Source: Planctomycetota bacterium (GTDB lineage Bacteria > Planctomycetota > UBA11346). Taken from it: 64,000 nucleotides of DNA. Shown here one piece after another: positions 47,994 through 56,936 of the stretch (positions within the stretch are counted from its first letter, which is position 1; each line of letters starts with the position of its first letter). A program made the translations under genes and the position numbers. Under the pieces are notes generated by a model. It saw only the letters and a program-made list of their open reading frames with translations, was not told where the DNA came from and made no database searches. The stretch is taken from positions 1 to 64,000 of the forward strand of contig JBBQSO010000025.1 in NCBI GenBank assembly GCA_038213805.1. The letters run 5' to 3'.

Positions 47994-49133
47994 TCACCTC
48001 TTCGCCGTGGCCTTCGCGGCCGGCGTTGCGGAAGGTTGCTTCTCGTGCTTGGGGATGCTTTCGATCAGCCGCTCGACCACGTGGTCGGTGGTGACGTCCT
48101 CGGCGGTCGCGGTGTAGCTGCACGCGATGCGGTGGCGCAGCACCGGTTTGGCGACGGCGTCGATGTCTTCGATGGTGGCGTGGAAGTTGCCGTGGATCAC
48201 GGCGCGCGCCTTGGCGGCCAGGATCAGGTTGATGCTGGCGCGCGGGCCGGCGCCCCACGAGATCCATTCCTTGATGAAGTCGGGCGCCTCTTCCGTGCCG
48301 GGGCGGGTGGCGCGCACCAGGGCCTTGGCGTACTGCAGCACGTGGTCGGCGACCGGCACGCGCAGCACCAGCTGCTGGAAGGCGACGATCTGGGCGCCAT
48401 CGAGCACCTGGCGGACGGCCTTCTCGTTCGAGGCCATCTGCGGGCTGGCGACGCGGCGCATCACCTCCAGCTCCTCTTCGTCGCTGGGGTAGCCGACGAA
48501 GACCTTGAAGAGGAAGCGGTCGAGCTGCGCCTCGGGCAGGGGGTAGGTGCCTTCCTGGTCGATCGGGTTCTGCGTGGCGAGCACGAAGAACGGCGCGTCG
48601 AGCTTGAATTCGTCGTTGCCGACCGAGACCTTCTTCTCCTGCATCGCCTCGAGCAGGGCGGCCTGGGTCTTGGGTGGGGTGCGGTTGATCTCGTCGGCGA
48701 GCACGATGTTGGCGAAGATCGGGCCGCGCAGGAACTTGAACACGCGCGCCTTGGTGACGGGGTCCTCCTGCAGCACCTCGGTGCCGACGATGTCGGAGGG
48801 CATCAGGTCGGGCGTGAACTGGATGCGCTTGAAGGACAGGTGCAGGGTGCGGGCGAGGGTCGAGATGAGCAGCGTCTTGGCCAGGCCGGGCACGCCTTCC
48901 AGCATGCAGTGGCCGCGCGCAAAGATCGCGATGATCAGCTCCTCGATCACCGTGTCCTGGCCCACGATGACCTTGGCGAGCTCGCCGCGGATGCGCTCGA
49001 AGGCCTCTTGCGCCTGGGCGACCAGCTCCTTGTCACCGACCGCGGCGGGCGCGGCGGCGGCGGCCGGGATGGCTGCGGTCACCGGGCGGGGCTGGGCGGG
49101 GGGCGTCGGGCGGGGCGGCAGGGCATCGGCCAT
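47994..49133 (-). CDS. moxR: MoxR family AAA+ ATPase
   Basis: Walker A 'EGVPGLAKT', 'RIQFTPDLMPSD', Walker B 'LADEINRTPPKTQAALLEAMQE' and 'EGTYPLPEAQLDRF'. Confidence 0.97.
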   Translation of the reverse strand: MADALPPRPTPPAQPRPVTAAIPAAAAAPAAVGDKELVAQAQEAFERIRGELAKVIVGQDTVIEELIIAIFARGHCMLEGVPGLAKTLLISTLARTLHLSFKRIQFTPDLMPSDIVGTEVLQEDPVTKARVFKFLRGPIFANIVLADEINRTPPKTQAALLEAMQEKKVSVGNDEFKLDAPFFVLATQNPIDQEGTYPLPEAQLDRFLFKVFVGYPSDEEELEVMRRVASPQMASNEKAVRQVLDGAQIVAFQQLVLRVPVADHVLQYAKALVRATRPGTEEAPDFIKEWISWGAGPRASINLILAAKARAVIHGNFHATIEDIDAVAKPVLRHRIACSYTATAEDVTTDHVVERLIESIPKHEKQPSATPAAKATAKR

Positions 49134-49449
49134 GATTCAAGCTCCGGAAGAGGTCGGCGTGGCGAGCGGGGGTCGCTCGCAGCGCGAGTGGGAGTGGAAC
49201 GGGGATGTCGCGCGACTGTGACGCAGGAGCGTCCGAGCAGCGCGGTGTAAGAGCTGGGTAGGGGCGGTGATACGGCGCTCGTAGAAAACCGCTGAGGGGA
49301 GCATTCGATTGCGAAGAGAGCCAGTGTACTGGCTTCCGGCCATGATCGCAAGTCGGGGTGGATGGGGTGGGTGGCGGGTGGAAGGGGGCGCGTACGAGAA
49401 AAGGCCGGATTGTTTTTACTATCGGGTGGAATCGGTCCTCGCGGACTGC

Positions 49450-50115
49450 TCATTCCACCCGGATCAGCGTGAACCCGTCATGCCCCTTGCTGCCCACCGT
49501 CTGCACGGTGGTGGCGGTGACGCGAGGCTCGGCGGCGATCAGCTCGTAGAGCTTGCGCACGCCCAGGACGTTGGCGTCGGTGCACAGTGGATCGGCGACC
49601 AAACCGGTGCGCACGGTGTTGTCGACGATGATCACGCCGCCGGGCCGCGTCAGGCGCAGCGCCGCGGTGAAGTAGGCGGGATAGCCGGGCTTGTCGGCAT
49701 CGATGAAGACCAGGTCGAAGGGCGCGGCCGGGCCGGCGGCCAGCGCCGCCAGGGATTCCGTGGCGGGACCGACCATCACGTCGACCCGGCCGTCCAGGCC
49801 GGCGCGCGCGAGGTTGCGCTGCGCCACTGCGGCGTGCGTGGGCGAAAGCTCCAGCGTCACCAGCCGGCCATCGGCGGGCAGCGCGCGCGCCAGCCAGATG
49901 GCGCTGTAGCCGCCGAGGGTGCCGATCTCGAGGATGCGCCGCGCCCCGGCGATGCGCGCGATCAGCTGCAGCATACGGCCCTGGTTGGGTGCGACGTTGA
50001 TCGCCGGCAGGCCGGCGGCGGTGCTGTCCGCGAGGGCCGCGTCCAGCACCGGATCGGCGGGGATCAGCGTGGCGCAGAGGTAGCGGTCGACCGTGGTCCA
50101 GAATTCCGTGCTCAT
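49450..50115 (-). CDS. O-methyltransferase (Methyltransf_3, caffeoyl-CoA OMT-like)
   Basis: 'ILEIGTLGGYSAIW', 'FDLVFIDADK' and 'IIVDN' motifs. Confidence 0.93.
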   Translation of the reverse strand: MSTEFWTTVDRYLCATLIPADPVLDAALADSTAAGLPAINVAPNQGRMLQLIARIAGARRILEIGTLGGYSAIWLARALPADGRLVTLELSPTHAAVAQRNLARAGLDGRVDVMVGPATESLAALAAGPAAPFDLVFIDADKPGYPAYFTAALRLTRPGGVIIVDNTVRTGLVADPLCTDANVLGVRKLYELIAAEPRVTATTVQTVGSKGHDGFTLIRVE

Positions 50116-50543
50116 GGCGCATCCCTGGCGGTGGTTCGCGGCGGCCATCGGCGGCCGGCGCCCGCTCTGGCATCCTAAGACTCACTCCGCTCCGGGCCAA
50201 TGGCGGATGACCTTGGCCGTGGCAGGTCGGGGCGTGATCGGCACCGGCGGGGATCGCGCACAAGTTCGGCACGCCAGGCCTTCCCGCATTGCACGCACAC
50301 TTTGGCCACGGACGCCGATGAACTGGGGCTCGACCTTGTGTAAATCCACCGGGGCGCGACCGCTACAAATGCGGACGATGCCGTGGTGGTCGGTGGCGAG
50401 GTGATCGTCACGCGCGTGAAACGCCATGGGCCGGCCAAGAGCGGCCGGCCCATGCGATGCTGAACCATTGCTCCGCGGAAATGCGGCAGTCGCGTCGCGG
50501 AGATCTCACCCTCCAATCGTGCCTGCGCACTCCCGCGCAGCCC

Positions 50544-51278
50544 TCACTTCTTGTCGAGGAACTTGATCTTCACGTCCTTGATCTGGATCTCCATGGTGAA
50601 GCCGGCGTGCACCTGGAAGGCGAGCACGCCTTCGCTCAGCGCCTTGGGGCTCTGATCGGTGAGGTCGGTGGTGACGTGGCCGTTGATGGAGTAGGTGATG
50701 TGGTTGCCATTCGCGATCAGCACCACGTCGTTCCAGTCGCCCTGCTTGATGAAGCCCTTGAGCGCATCGGCAGAATCGGCCAGCTTCTCGTTGTGGCGCT
50801 GGTTCTCGGCGTCCCACACCGTCTTCTCGCCGCGATTGCTCATGGTGTTGCGGCCGCCGGCGATGCCGGCCTCGTCGTAGATCGAGCCATCGTAGCCACG
50901 GTTGGAATCAAAGTCGGCCTGGTAGCCGCCGACGCGCGAGGTCGCCGGATCCATCAGCTTCGAACGGAACTGGATGCCGGAATTGCCGTCGGGGGTGGCG
51001 AAGCGGTAGCTGCAGTGCAGCTCGAAGTCCTTCACCTTGGAGGTGAACACCAGAAAGGTCTGCTTCGACTTGTCCTTGGTCTCGTGGCCGCTGATCACGC
51101 CGTCCTTCACTTCCCAGTACTCGGGCAGTCCGGTCCAGTAGGTCAGGTCCTTGCCGTTGAAGATGGTCATGAAGCCATCGGCGCCGGCTGCGGGCAGCGC
51201 CGCACCCTCTTCGGCCGGCAGCGCGGCGAAGCCACAGTAGGCGAGGGCGATGAGGGGAAGGCGCGAGGTGAGACGCAT
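50544..51278 (-). CDS. DUF1080 (3-keto-disaccharide hydrolase) secreted protein
   Basis: 'IFNGKDLTYW...WEVKDGVI', 'NSGIQFRS', 'GYQAD' and 'LAFQVH' motifs. Confidence 0.92.
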   Translation of the reverse strand: MRLTSRLPLIALAYCGFAALPAEEGAALPAAGADGFMTIFNGKDLTYWTGLPEYWEVKDGVISGHETKDKSKQTFLVFTSKVKDFELHCSYRFATPDGNSGIQFRSKLMDPATSRVGGYQADFDSNRGYDGSIYDEAGIAGGRNTMSNRGEKTVWDAENQRHNEKLADSADALKGFIKQGDWNDVVLIANGNHITYSINGHVTTDLTDQSPKALSEGVLAFQVHAGFTMEIQIKDVKIKFLDKK

Positions 51279-51527
51279 GTGCGGACCTTTCGGGAGGTTG
51301 TGGAGAAGGATGATGATCGCTTCGGAGAGTGGCCGTGGAACCGGTTCCAGGTGCGGCGTGCCCACCATATCATCAGCGGAAGGGGTACCAAGGACGAGTG
51401 CTTACGTTGCATGGACGCGGATGACGGGCGAGTAGGACGAAAGCACAGGAGGGCGGTCTGCACGATCCCAGCGGCCGCGATCGGGTGGCCGAGGGGGTGG
51501 GCGGGCCCATCTCAGGTCGTCGCGGGT

Positions 51528-51941
51528 TCAGCGTGTTCCAAGGCTCGGACTGCCGGTGAGCGCCTGCGCGTGGAGTGAGCGCGCCAGGGTGATCAGATCG
51601 CCGAAATGCGCCGGCTTGCGGTACCACCCACGCGGGGCGACCGGGCCTTCATGGCGCGGGACGCCCGTCACGATCACTACCGGCGTGTTGCGTAGCTTGA
51701 CGTCGTCGTGCATGCAGCAAATCAGGTCCGAGCCGCTCAGATTCGGCATATGCTGGTCGGTCACCACGAGACGGATGCCGCCCTCGTGGTCGTGCGCCGT
51801 GAGCAGGGTCTTCAAGGCCTCGACACCATCGCTGGCAAAGACCACCTCGTGCGCCGCGATGCCGGCGCTCTCGCAGGCGCACTGCCACAATTGCCTGTCG
51901 CGGGGGCTGTCCTCGACGATGAGCATGGTTGGTCGGGCCAT
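51528..51941 (-). CDS. single-domain response regulator (receiver)
   Basis: 'LIVEDS', 'DGVEAL', 'VTDQHMPNLSG', 'VVIVT' and 'KP' motifs. Confidence 0.88.
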   Translation of the reverse strand: MARPTMLIVEDSPRDRQLWQCACESAGIAAHEVVFASDGVEALKTLLTAHDHEGGIRLVVTDQHMPNLSGSDLICCMHDDVKLRNTPVVIVTGVPRHEGPVAPRGWYRKPAHFGDLITLARSLHAQALTGSPSLGTR

Positions 51942-52187
51942 GATGGGTTAGAGATACTGTCCGCCTGGTTGATCAGCAAGCGCCAGGACGACCGCAGTGC
52001 TGCCGGCGTACCGCGCGGCGCTACGGACAGAGAGAGGTTCCGTGGTGACGATTCACCGCTCGTGCCGGCGCATTGGCGTACCTACTGCGCTTTTCACTGC
52101 ATATTGCAGGACTCCCGCTGCGCAGCGGCTGGCCGCGGCCGCCGCTCCGGGTGGTTCGCGGTCCGCGCTCTCCTATGGTGAAGCGGC

Positions 52188-52829
52188 ATGACCCAACGCA
52201 AACGGGCGCTCATCATCATCGCCTGCCTCCTCGGGCTGGCCGGCCTCGCCGTGGCCTGGATCGACGCGCGCATCGCGGCGTGTGGCGCCGCCACCTTCGA
52301 CCGCCTCTCGGATCTCCCGACCAAGCGCGTCGCCATCGTGCTGGGTACGGCGCGGCTGCGCGCCGACGGCAGCGCCAATCCCTATTTCGACAACCGCATC
52401 GCCGCTGCGGCCGAGTTGTTCGCGGCCGGCAAGGCGGAGTTCCTGGTGGTTTCGGGCGACAACGGCACGACCGCCTACAACGAGCCGCGCGAGATGAAGG
52501 AGGCCCTGGTGGCCCGCGGCGTGCCGGAGGCGCGCGTCTATTGCGACTACGCGGGCTTCCGCACCCTCGACTCGATGTGCCGTATCAAGGCGATCTTCTC
52601 GCAGCAGTCGGTCACGGTGGTGTCGCAGCGCTTCCACAACGAGCGCGCCATCTACCTGGCGCGCAGCTTCGGCATTGACGCCATCGGCTACAACGCGCAG
52701 GACGTGGATTTCATGCACGGATTCAAGACCGGCGTCCGCGAGCGCCTGGCGCGGCTGCGCTGCTTCCTCGACGTCAACCTGTTCGGCACTGGGCCGCACT
52801 TCTACGGCGAGAGGATCTCGATCCGCTGA
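52188..52829 (+). CDS. sanA: SanA/YdcF (DUF218) family protein
   Basis: 'AIVLGT...NPYFDNRI', 'VSGDNG...YNEPREMK', 'DYAGFRTLDS' and 'SQRFHNERAIY' motifs. Confidence 0.9.
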   Translation: MTQRKRALIIIACLLGLAGLAVAWIDARIAACGAATFDRLSDLPTKRVAIVLGTARLRADGSANPYFDNRIAAAAELFAAGKAEFLVVSGDNGTTAYNEPREMKEALVARGVPEARVYCDYAGFRTLDSMCRIKAIFSQQSVTVVSQRFHNERAIYLARSFGIDAIGYNAQDVDFMHGFKTGVRERLARLRCFLDVNLFGTGPHFYGERISIR

Positions 52830-52847
52830 GTGCAGCGCCCGCTTGGT

Positions 52848-53693
52848 TCAACCGGTCGTGCTCGACGCTTCCGCACCGGCCTCGGTCGGCGCCGGCAGCG
52901 GCACGTGCACCGCGACGTGGTCCACGTGGCGGGCGCGTGCAACCTTCTTCGGGCTCGTGCCCTTGGCCTTGCCCGTGCCGGCCTCCTCCCACAGGCGGAA
53001 GCCGCCGCGGAAGGCGTTGGAATTGTCGCCGGCGCGGCAGCGCGGGGGCAGGCGCTTGAGGACTTTGACGTTGCCGCCACCAAGCACAACTTCGTCGGGT
53101 TCGAGCGCGGCGATGAAGTGGCCGACGATGGCGTCGACATGCTTGCGCCAGCGCTTCTTGCCCAGGCGCTTGAGGCCGCGCAGCCCGATGTAGTCCTCGA
53201 AGGTGCCCTTGCGGTAGGGCATGTGGCCGAGTTCCATCGGTTCGAGCTTGCCGTCGACGATCATGGTCGTTCCGAGGCCGGTGCCCAGCCCGATGAACAG
53301 CAGCTTGCCGCCCTGGTAGCTGCCCAGCGCCTGCATGGCAGCGTCGTTGACGATGCGCACCGGGCAGCCGAAGCCCTTGATGAAGTCGCAGCCGACCCAG
53401 CCCCCGGCGAGGTTGTGCGGCTCGGCTGCGGGACGTCCGTGCATGACCGGTCCGGGATAGCCCAGGGTGATCACGTCGTATTTCCAGCCGGCCGCGGCCA
53501 CAGTTTTCTTCACGCCCGCGATCATCTTGCGCGCCGTCATCGTCAGCCCGGAAGGGAAGGCGAGGTGGTCGGTCTGATCGCTGGCCAGCATCTTCACGTT
53601 CGTGCCGCCGACGTCGATGGCCAGGATGACCTTGCCCTTGCCCTTGCGGGTGGCGGTGCGGGTTTTTTCCGGCGTCTTCTGGGTCGTGGCCAT
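52848..53693 (-). CDS. ROK family sugar kinase, polyphosphate glucokinase-like
   Basis: 'AIDVGGTNVK', 'VNDAAMQALG', 'GLGTGLGT' and 'MELGH' motifs. Confidence 0.88.
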   Translation of the reverse strand: MATTQKTPEKTRTATRKGKGKVILAIDVGGTNVKMLASDQTDHLAFPSGLTMTARKMIAGVKKTVAAAGWKYDVITLGYPGPVMHGRPAAEPHNLAGGWVGCDFIKGFGCPVRIVNDAAMQALGSYQGGKLLFIGLGTGLGTTMIVDGKLEPMELGHMPYRKGTFEDYIGLRGLKRLGKKRWRKHVDAIVGHFIAALEPDEVVLGGGNVKVLKRLPPRCRAGDNSNAFRGGFRLWEEAGTGKAKGTSPKKVARARHVDHVAVHVPLPAPTEAGAEASSTTG

Positions 53694-53885
53694 GGTCGGA
53701 TCCTGGGTGGATGGTATGGGCATGATCCGCGTCGCGCCGCGATTCCCAGCGCGATGTCGAACACCGGCCCGCAGGCCCGTCGCAGCGGAACCGGGCCACG
53801 TCTGGGTTGGTGCAGTCGGCGGCCGCGGTCGCTGCTAACTTGTGGCTGGAGCTACCGCACCGCCAGGCGGCCCGTACGGGTGGCG

Positions 53886-54962
53886 TCAGGCCGGCGTGGC
53901 CTGGGTCAGCCCGCCCAGGCGTGGGTAGTCGGTATAGCCGTGCGCACCAGGAGCGTAGAAGGTCGTGGAGTCGGGCGCGTTCAGCGGCGCGCCCTGGCGG
54001 AAGCGCTGGACCAAATCGGGATTGGCGATGTACGCCGTGCCGAAGGCGACCGCGTCGGCCTCGTCGGCGGCGAGGGCCTGGGTCGCGCTCGCCAGGGTGA
54101 ACTGCTCGTTGGCGATGTAGGGACCGCCGAAAAGCACCTTCAGCTGCGGACCGATGCGCCGCGCGCCGGTGTGCTCGCGGGCGCACAGGAAGGCGAGCTT
54201 GCGGCGGCCCGCTTCGCGCGCGACGTGGCTGAAGGTCGCGAGATGGTCGGAGTCGCCCATGTCGTGGGCATCGCCGCGCGGGGCGAGGTGCAGGCCGACG
54301 CGGTCGGCGCCCCACACCGCGATCGCCGCATCGACGGCCTCGAGCATCAGACGGGCGCGGTTGGCGACCGGGCCGCCGTACTCGTCAGTGCGATGGTTGC
54401 TGGAATCCTGCAGGAACTGGTCGAGCAGGTAGCCGTTGGCGCCGTGGAGTTCGACGCCATCGAAGCCCGCGGCCTGCGCGTGCTGCGCCGCGGTGCGGTA
54501 GGCGGCGACGATGTCGGGCAGTTCGTCCAGGCGCAGCGCCCGCGGCGTGACGAAGGCTTGCGGTGGGCGCACCAGGCTGATGTGGCCGCGCGGTGCGATG
54601 GCGCTGGGCGCGACCGGGGTGCGGCCAGCGAGGAACATCGGGTCGGACATGCGTCCTACGTGCCACAGCTGTGAGAAGATGCGGCCGCCCGCGCGGTGCA
54701 CGGCACTGGTGACCAGGCGCCAGCCCGCGAGCTGCTCGGGCGACCAGATGCCGGGCGTGTCGGCGTAGCCGACGCCCATGTCGGTGATCGAGGTCGCCTC
54801 GCTGATGATCAGCCCGGCCGTGGCGCGCTGCGCGTAGTACTCGGCCATCAGCACGTTGGGCACGCGAACGGCCCCGGCGCGGGCGCGCGTCAAGGGCGCC
54901 ATGATGATGCGGTTGGGCAGCGTCAGCGCGCCGATGGTCAGCGGGTCGAAAAGCGATGGCAT
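53886..54962 (-). CDS. alkene reductase (Old Yellow Enzyme, NemA-like)
   Basis: 'NRIIMAPLTRAR', 'QLWHVGR', 'GFDGVELHGANGYLLDQFL' and 'ANPDL' motifs. Confidence 0.95.
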   Translation of the reverse strand: MPSLFDPLTIGALTLPNRIIMAPLTRARAGAVRVPNVLMAEYYAQRATAGLIISEATSITDMGVGYADTPGIWSPEQLAGWRLVTSAVHRAGGRIFSQLWHVGRMSDPMFLAGRTPVAPSAIAPRGHISLVRPPQAFVTPRALRLDELPDIVAAYRTAAQHAQAAGFDGVELHGANGYLLDQFLQDSSNHRTDEYGGPVANRARLMLEAVDAAIAVWGADRVGLHLAPRGDAHDMGDSDHLATFSHVAREAGRRKLAFLCAREHTGARRIGPQLKVLFGGPYIANEQFTLASATQALAADEADAVAFGTAYIANPDLVQRFRQGAPLNAPDSTTFYAPGAHGYTDYPRLGGLTQATPA

Positions 54963-55061
54963 GCGGATTTCCAGGGGCGTGGCTTGTGACGGGGGTGGTT
55001 CTCGCCGGGTGCGGGCCGATGCAATGCCGCGCCACACTGACCTGCTGCAGGCTCGATGCGA

Positions 55062-55319
55062 TCAGCCTTCGTCTGCATCTTTAGCGTGCCCGCCGGCGCG
55101 GTGAGCGTGCGCCGCGAGCAGCAGGACGATGGCGACGAGCAGGCCACAGGCTGCCTCTGCGCACAGCGTCGACCGCGCCTTGAGTCCGACGTAGGCGCCC
55201 GGCCCGCTCGGGCTCCACGCCTGGGTGGCGGCGTGGAGGTAAAAGACGAAGCCGATGATGCAGGCGATCATGGCGACCGTGCAGACGCTGATCAGGATGG
55301 AGATGGTGCGCTGCAGCAT
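55062..55319 (-). CDS. small 2-TM hypothetical protein
   Basis: 85 aa, two hydrophobic helices, GC3-rich codons. Confidence 0.5.
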   Translation of the reverse strand: MLQRTISILISVCTVAMIACIIGFVFYLHAATQAWSPSGPGAYVGLKARSTLCAEAACGLLVAIVLLLAAHAHRAGGHAKDADEG

Positions 55320-55444
55320 GGTCGAGACCCGTGATGGGATTGCCGCACCGGACGATGTCGGCCTGCGTTGAGACCGGTGGCAATCCTGGACGCTCCTCGG
55401 CGGGTCGTCAACGCGTCACGGGCAGAACCGTCCTGGCTGTCCCG

Positions 55445-56686
55445 TCACTTCCCAGGCGGCGCCTGCGCAACCGCCGCAGCCGGCGGCTCCGCGAAATCGT
55501 CCCACAACCGGTCGAAGCGCGCCGGGTCGGGCGCGCCATCCCACGCGATGATGCGGTAGTGCAGCACCAGCGGCGTGCCGGGCTGGATCGACCACTCGCC
55601 GAGTTGGGAAGGGGCGCACGCCAGGAAGGGTTCCTTGGGATTCAGACGCAGTGGCGTTGGGTGGCGCGGATTGGCCGGATGGTCGCAAACCACCATGCCG
55701 ACGGTGTGGCCGTCGACCTCGCCGCCCATCCAGCACCAGCGGGCGCGCGTCTCGTCGCCGTTCGCGCGGTCCTTGCCCGCGCTGGTCAGGAAGCGCGCCG
55801 TGCCCTCCGGCGGGTTCCATGCGCGGTTGCCGCGCAGGCCGAGCCCGCCGTAATGGAAGGGCGTCAGGACCAGCGGCTGCGCGCCGTTGCAGCTTTGGGT
55901 GGCGGTCAGGTCGATTGCCGGCGGCGCGTCGGCGACGGGTGCGCTGACCATGACGTCCCAGCGCTCCTCCAGGGCCGCGACCGCCGGCGTCGCGCTGAGG
56001 TCGAGATAACGGTGGCGCGCGTGGAACCCGGCGCACCAGGGTCCATCCCAGGTGCCGTCGATGGCCAGGGCCTGGACGGTGCCGGTACGCTCGCCCATGT
56101 TCCAGAAATCCGGTTGTCGTCCTGCGAAACTGGTTTTCGCCCAGGCCATCCAGATGCCGTGGTGGTGGAGGTGGTTGGGCGGATAGTCGTCGGTCACGGT
56201 CACGCCGGCGGCGGTGATCACGTCGGTCAGGTAACCGCCGCGCTGGTAGACCTCCTTCACGCCGGCGGGCAGGGTGCCGGCGCCGCCGATGTAGCGCAGC
56301 AGCCGTTGCGCACCGGCCTGCGCGGCGAGCACGTCGCCAGCGCGCTGCCAGATCACCGTCGGCGCCGCGCTCGCCATCGCTTCGAGATGCCCGGATACGG
56401 TCGCGCCGGCGGCGAGGTGCGGGATGCGTACGAAGCCGTGGTGCTGATCATCGACCTGCATGGCCAGGTGTTGCCCGTCGTCCGCGACCAGCGTCCACGG
56501 GCCGCGCGCCAGGTCGGCGGGCAGGTCCATGCCGACCAGCGTCTGGACGCGCTCATGGGGACCGGCGGCGATGCTCACAGCGGGGCCTTCGGCGGCATTT
56601 CCGGCCAGCACCGTGCCGACCAGGATGGCGAGGCGCCGTGCGGGCGGAAGGCGGGGGGCGTGTCGGAAGCGAAGTGCTGCGGGCAT
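55445..56686 (-). CDS. PmoA-like (DUF6807) secreted protein
   Basis: 'VTDDYPPNHLHHHGIWMAW', 'DFWN', 'YGGLGLRG' and 'DHPANPRHPT' motifs. This is the misnamed Pfam family; it is not methane monooxygenase. Confidence 0.82.
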   Translation of the reverse strand: MPAALRFRHAPRLPPARRLAILVGTVLAGNAAEGPAVSIAAGPHERVQTLVGMDLPADLARGPWTLVADDGQHLAMQVDDQHHGFVRIPHLAAGATVSGHLEAMASAAPTVIWQRAGDVLAAQAGAQRLLRYIGGAGTLPAGVKEVYQRGGYLTDVITAAGVTVTDDYPPNHLHHHGIWMAWAKTSFAGRQPDFWNMGERTGTVQALAIDGTWDGPWCAGFHARHRYLDLSATPAVAALEERWDVMVSAPVADAPPAIDLTATQSCNGAQPLVLTPFHYGGLGLRGNRAWNPPEGTARFLTSAGKDRANGDETRARWCWMGGEVDGHTVGMVVCDHPANPRHPTPLRLNPKEPFLACAPSQLGEWSIQPGTPLVLHYRIIAWDGAPDPARFDRLWDDFAEPPAAAVAQAPPGK

Positions 56687-56936
56687 GCCGGCTCCGGGTG
56701 CAGATCATATACGATACGGTCGCGACGGCCAGGCGCTGACCCGCGCTGGCTTGGTGAGCGGGAGGGACAAGCGGGCGACGATGTCGACAAGAGCGCCGGC
56801 GGACCGCCTCGCCAGTGGTGGTCCAGCGCGGACGGGGCACCCTGGTCCGCGTGGGCCAGGGCGGCCAGCCCCGTGCCACTGGCCGGTTGCATGCGAACCC
56901 CTCGCATCATCATATATGATATACGAGGACCCGCCA

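Noticed and set aside
50175..50516. Small ORFs, one with a CxxC ('CVQCGKAW')
   Set aside because: Two overlapping frames are equally weak, with no convincing RBS or family. I cannot support a gene call.
55445..56686. Particulate methane monooxygenase
   Set aside because: This is a soluble exported protein with no multi-TM profile and no pmoB/pmoC nearby. The family name is misleading.
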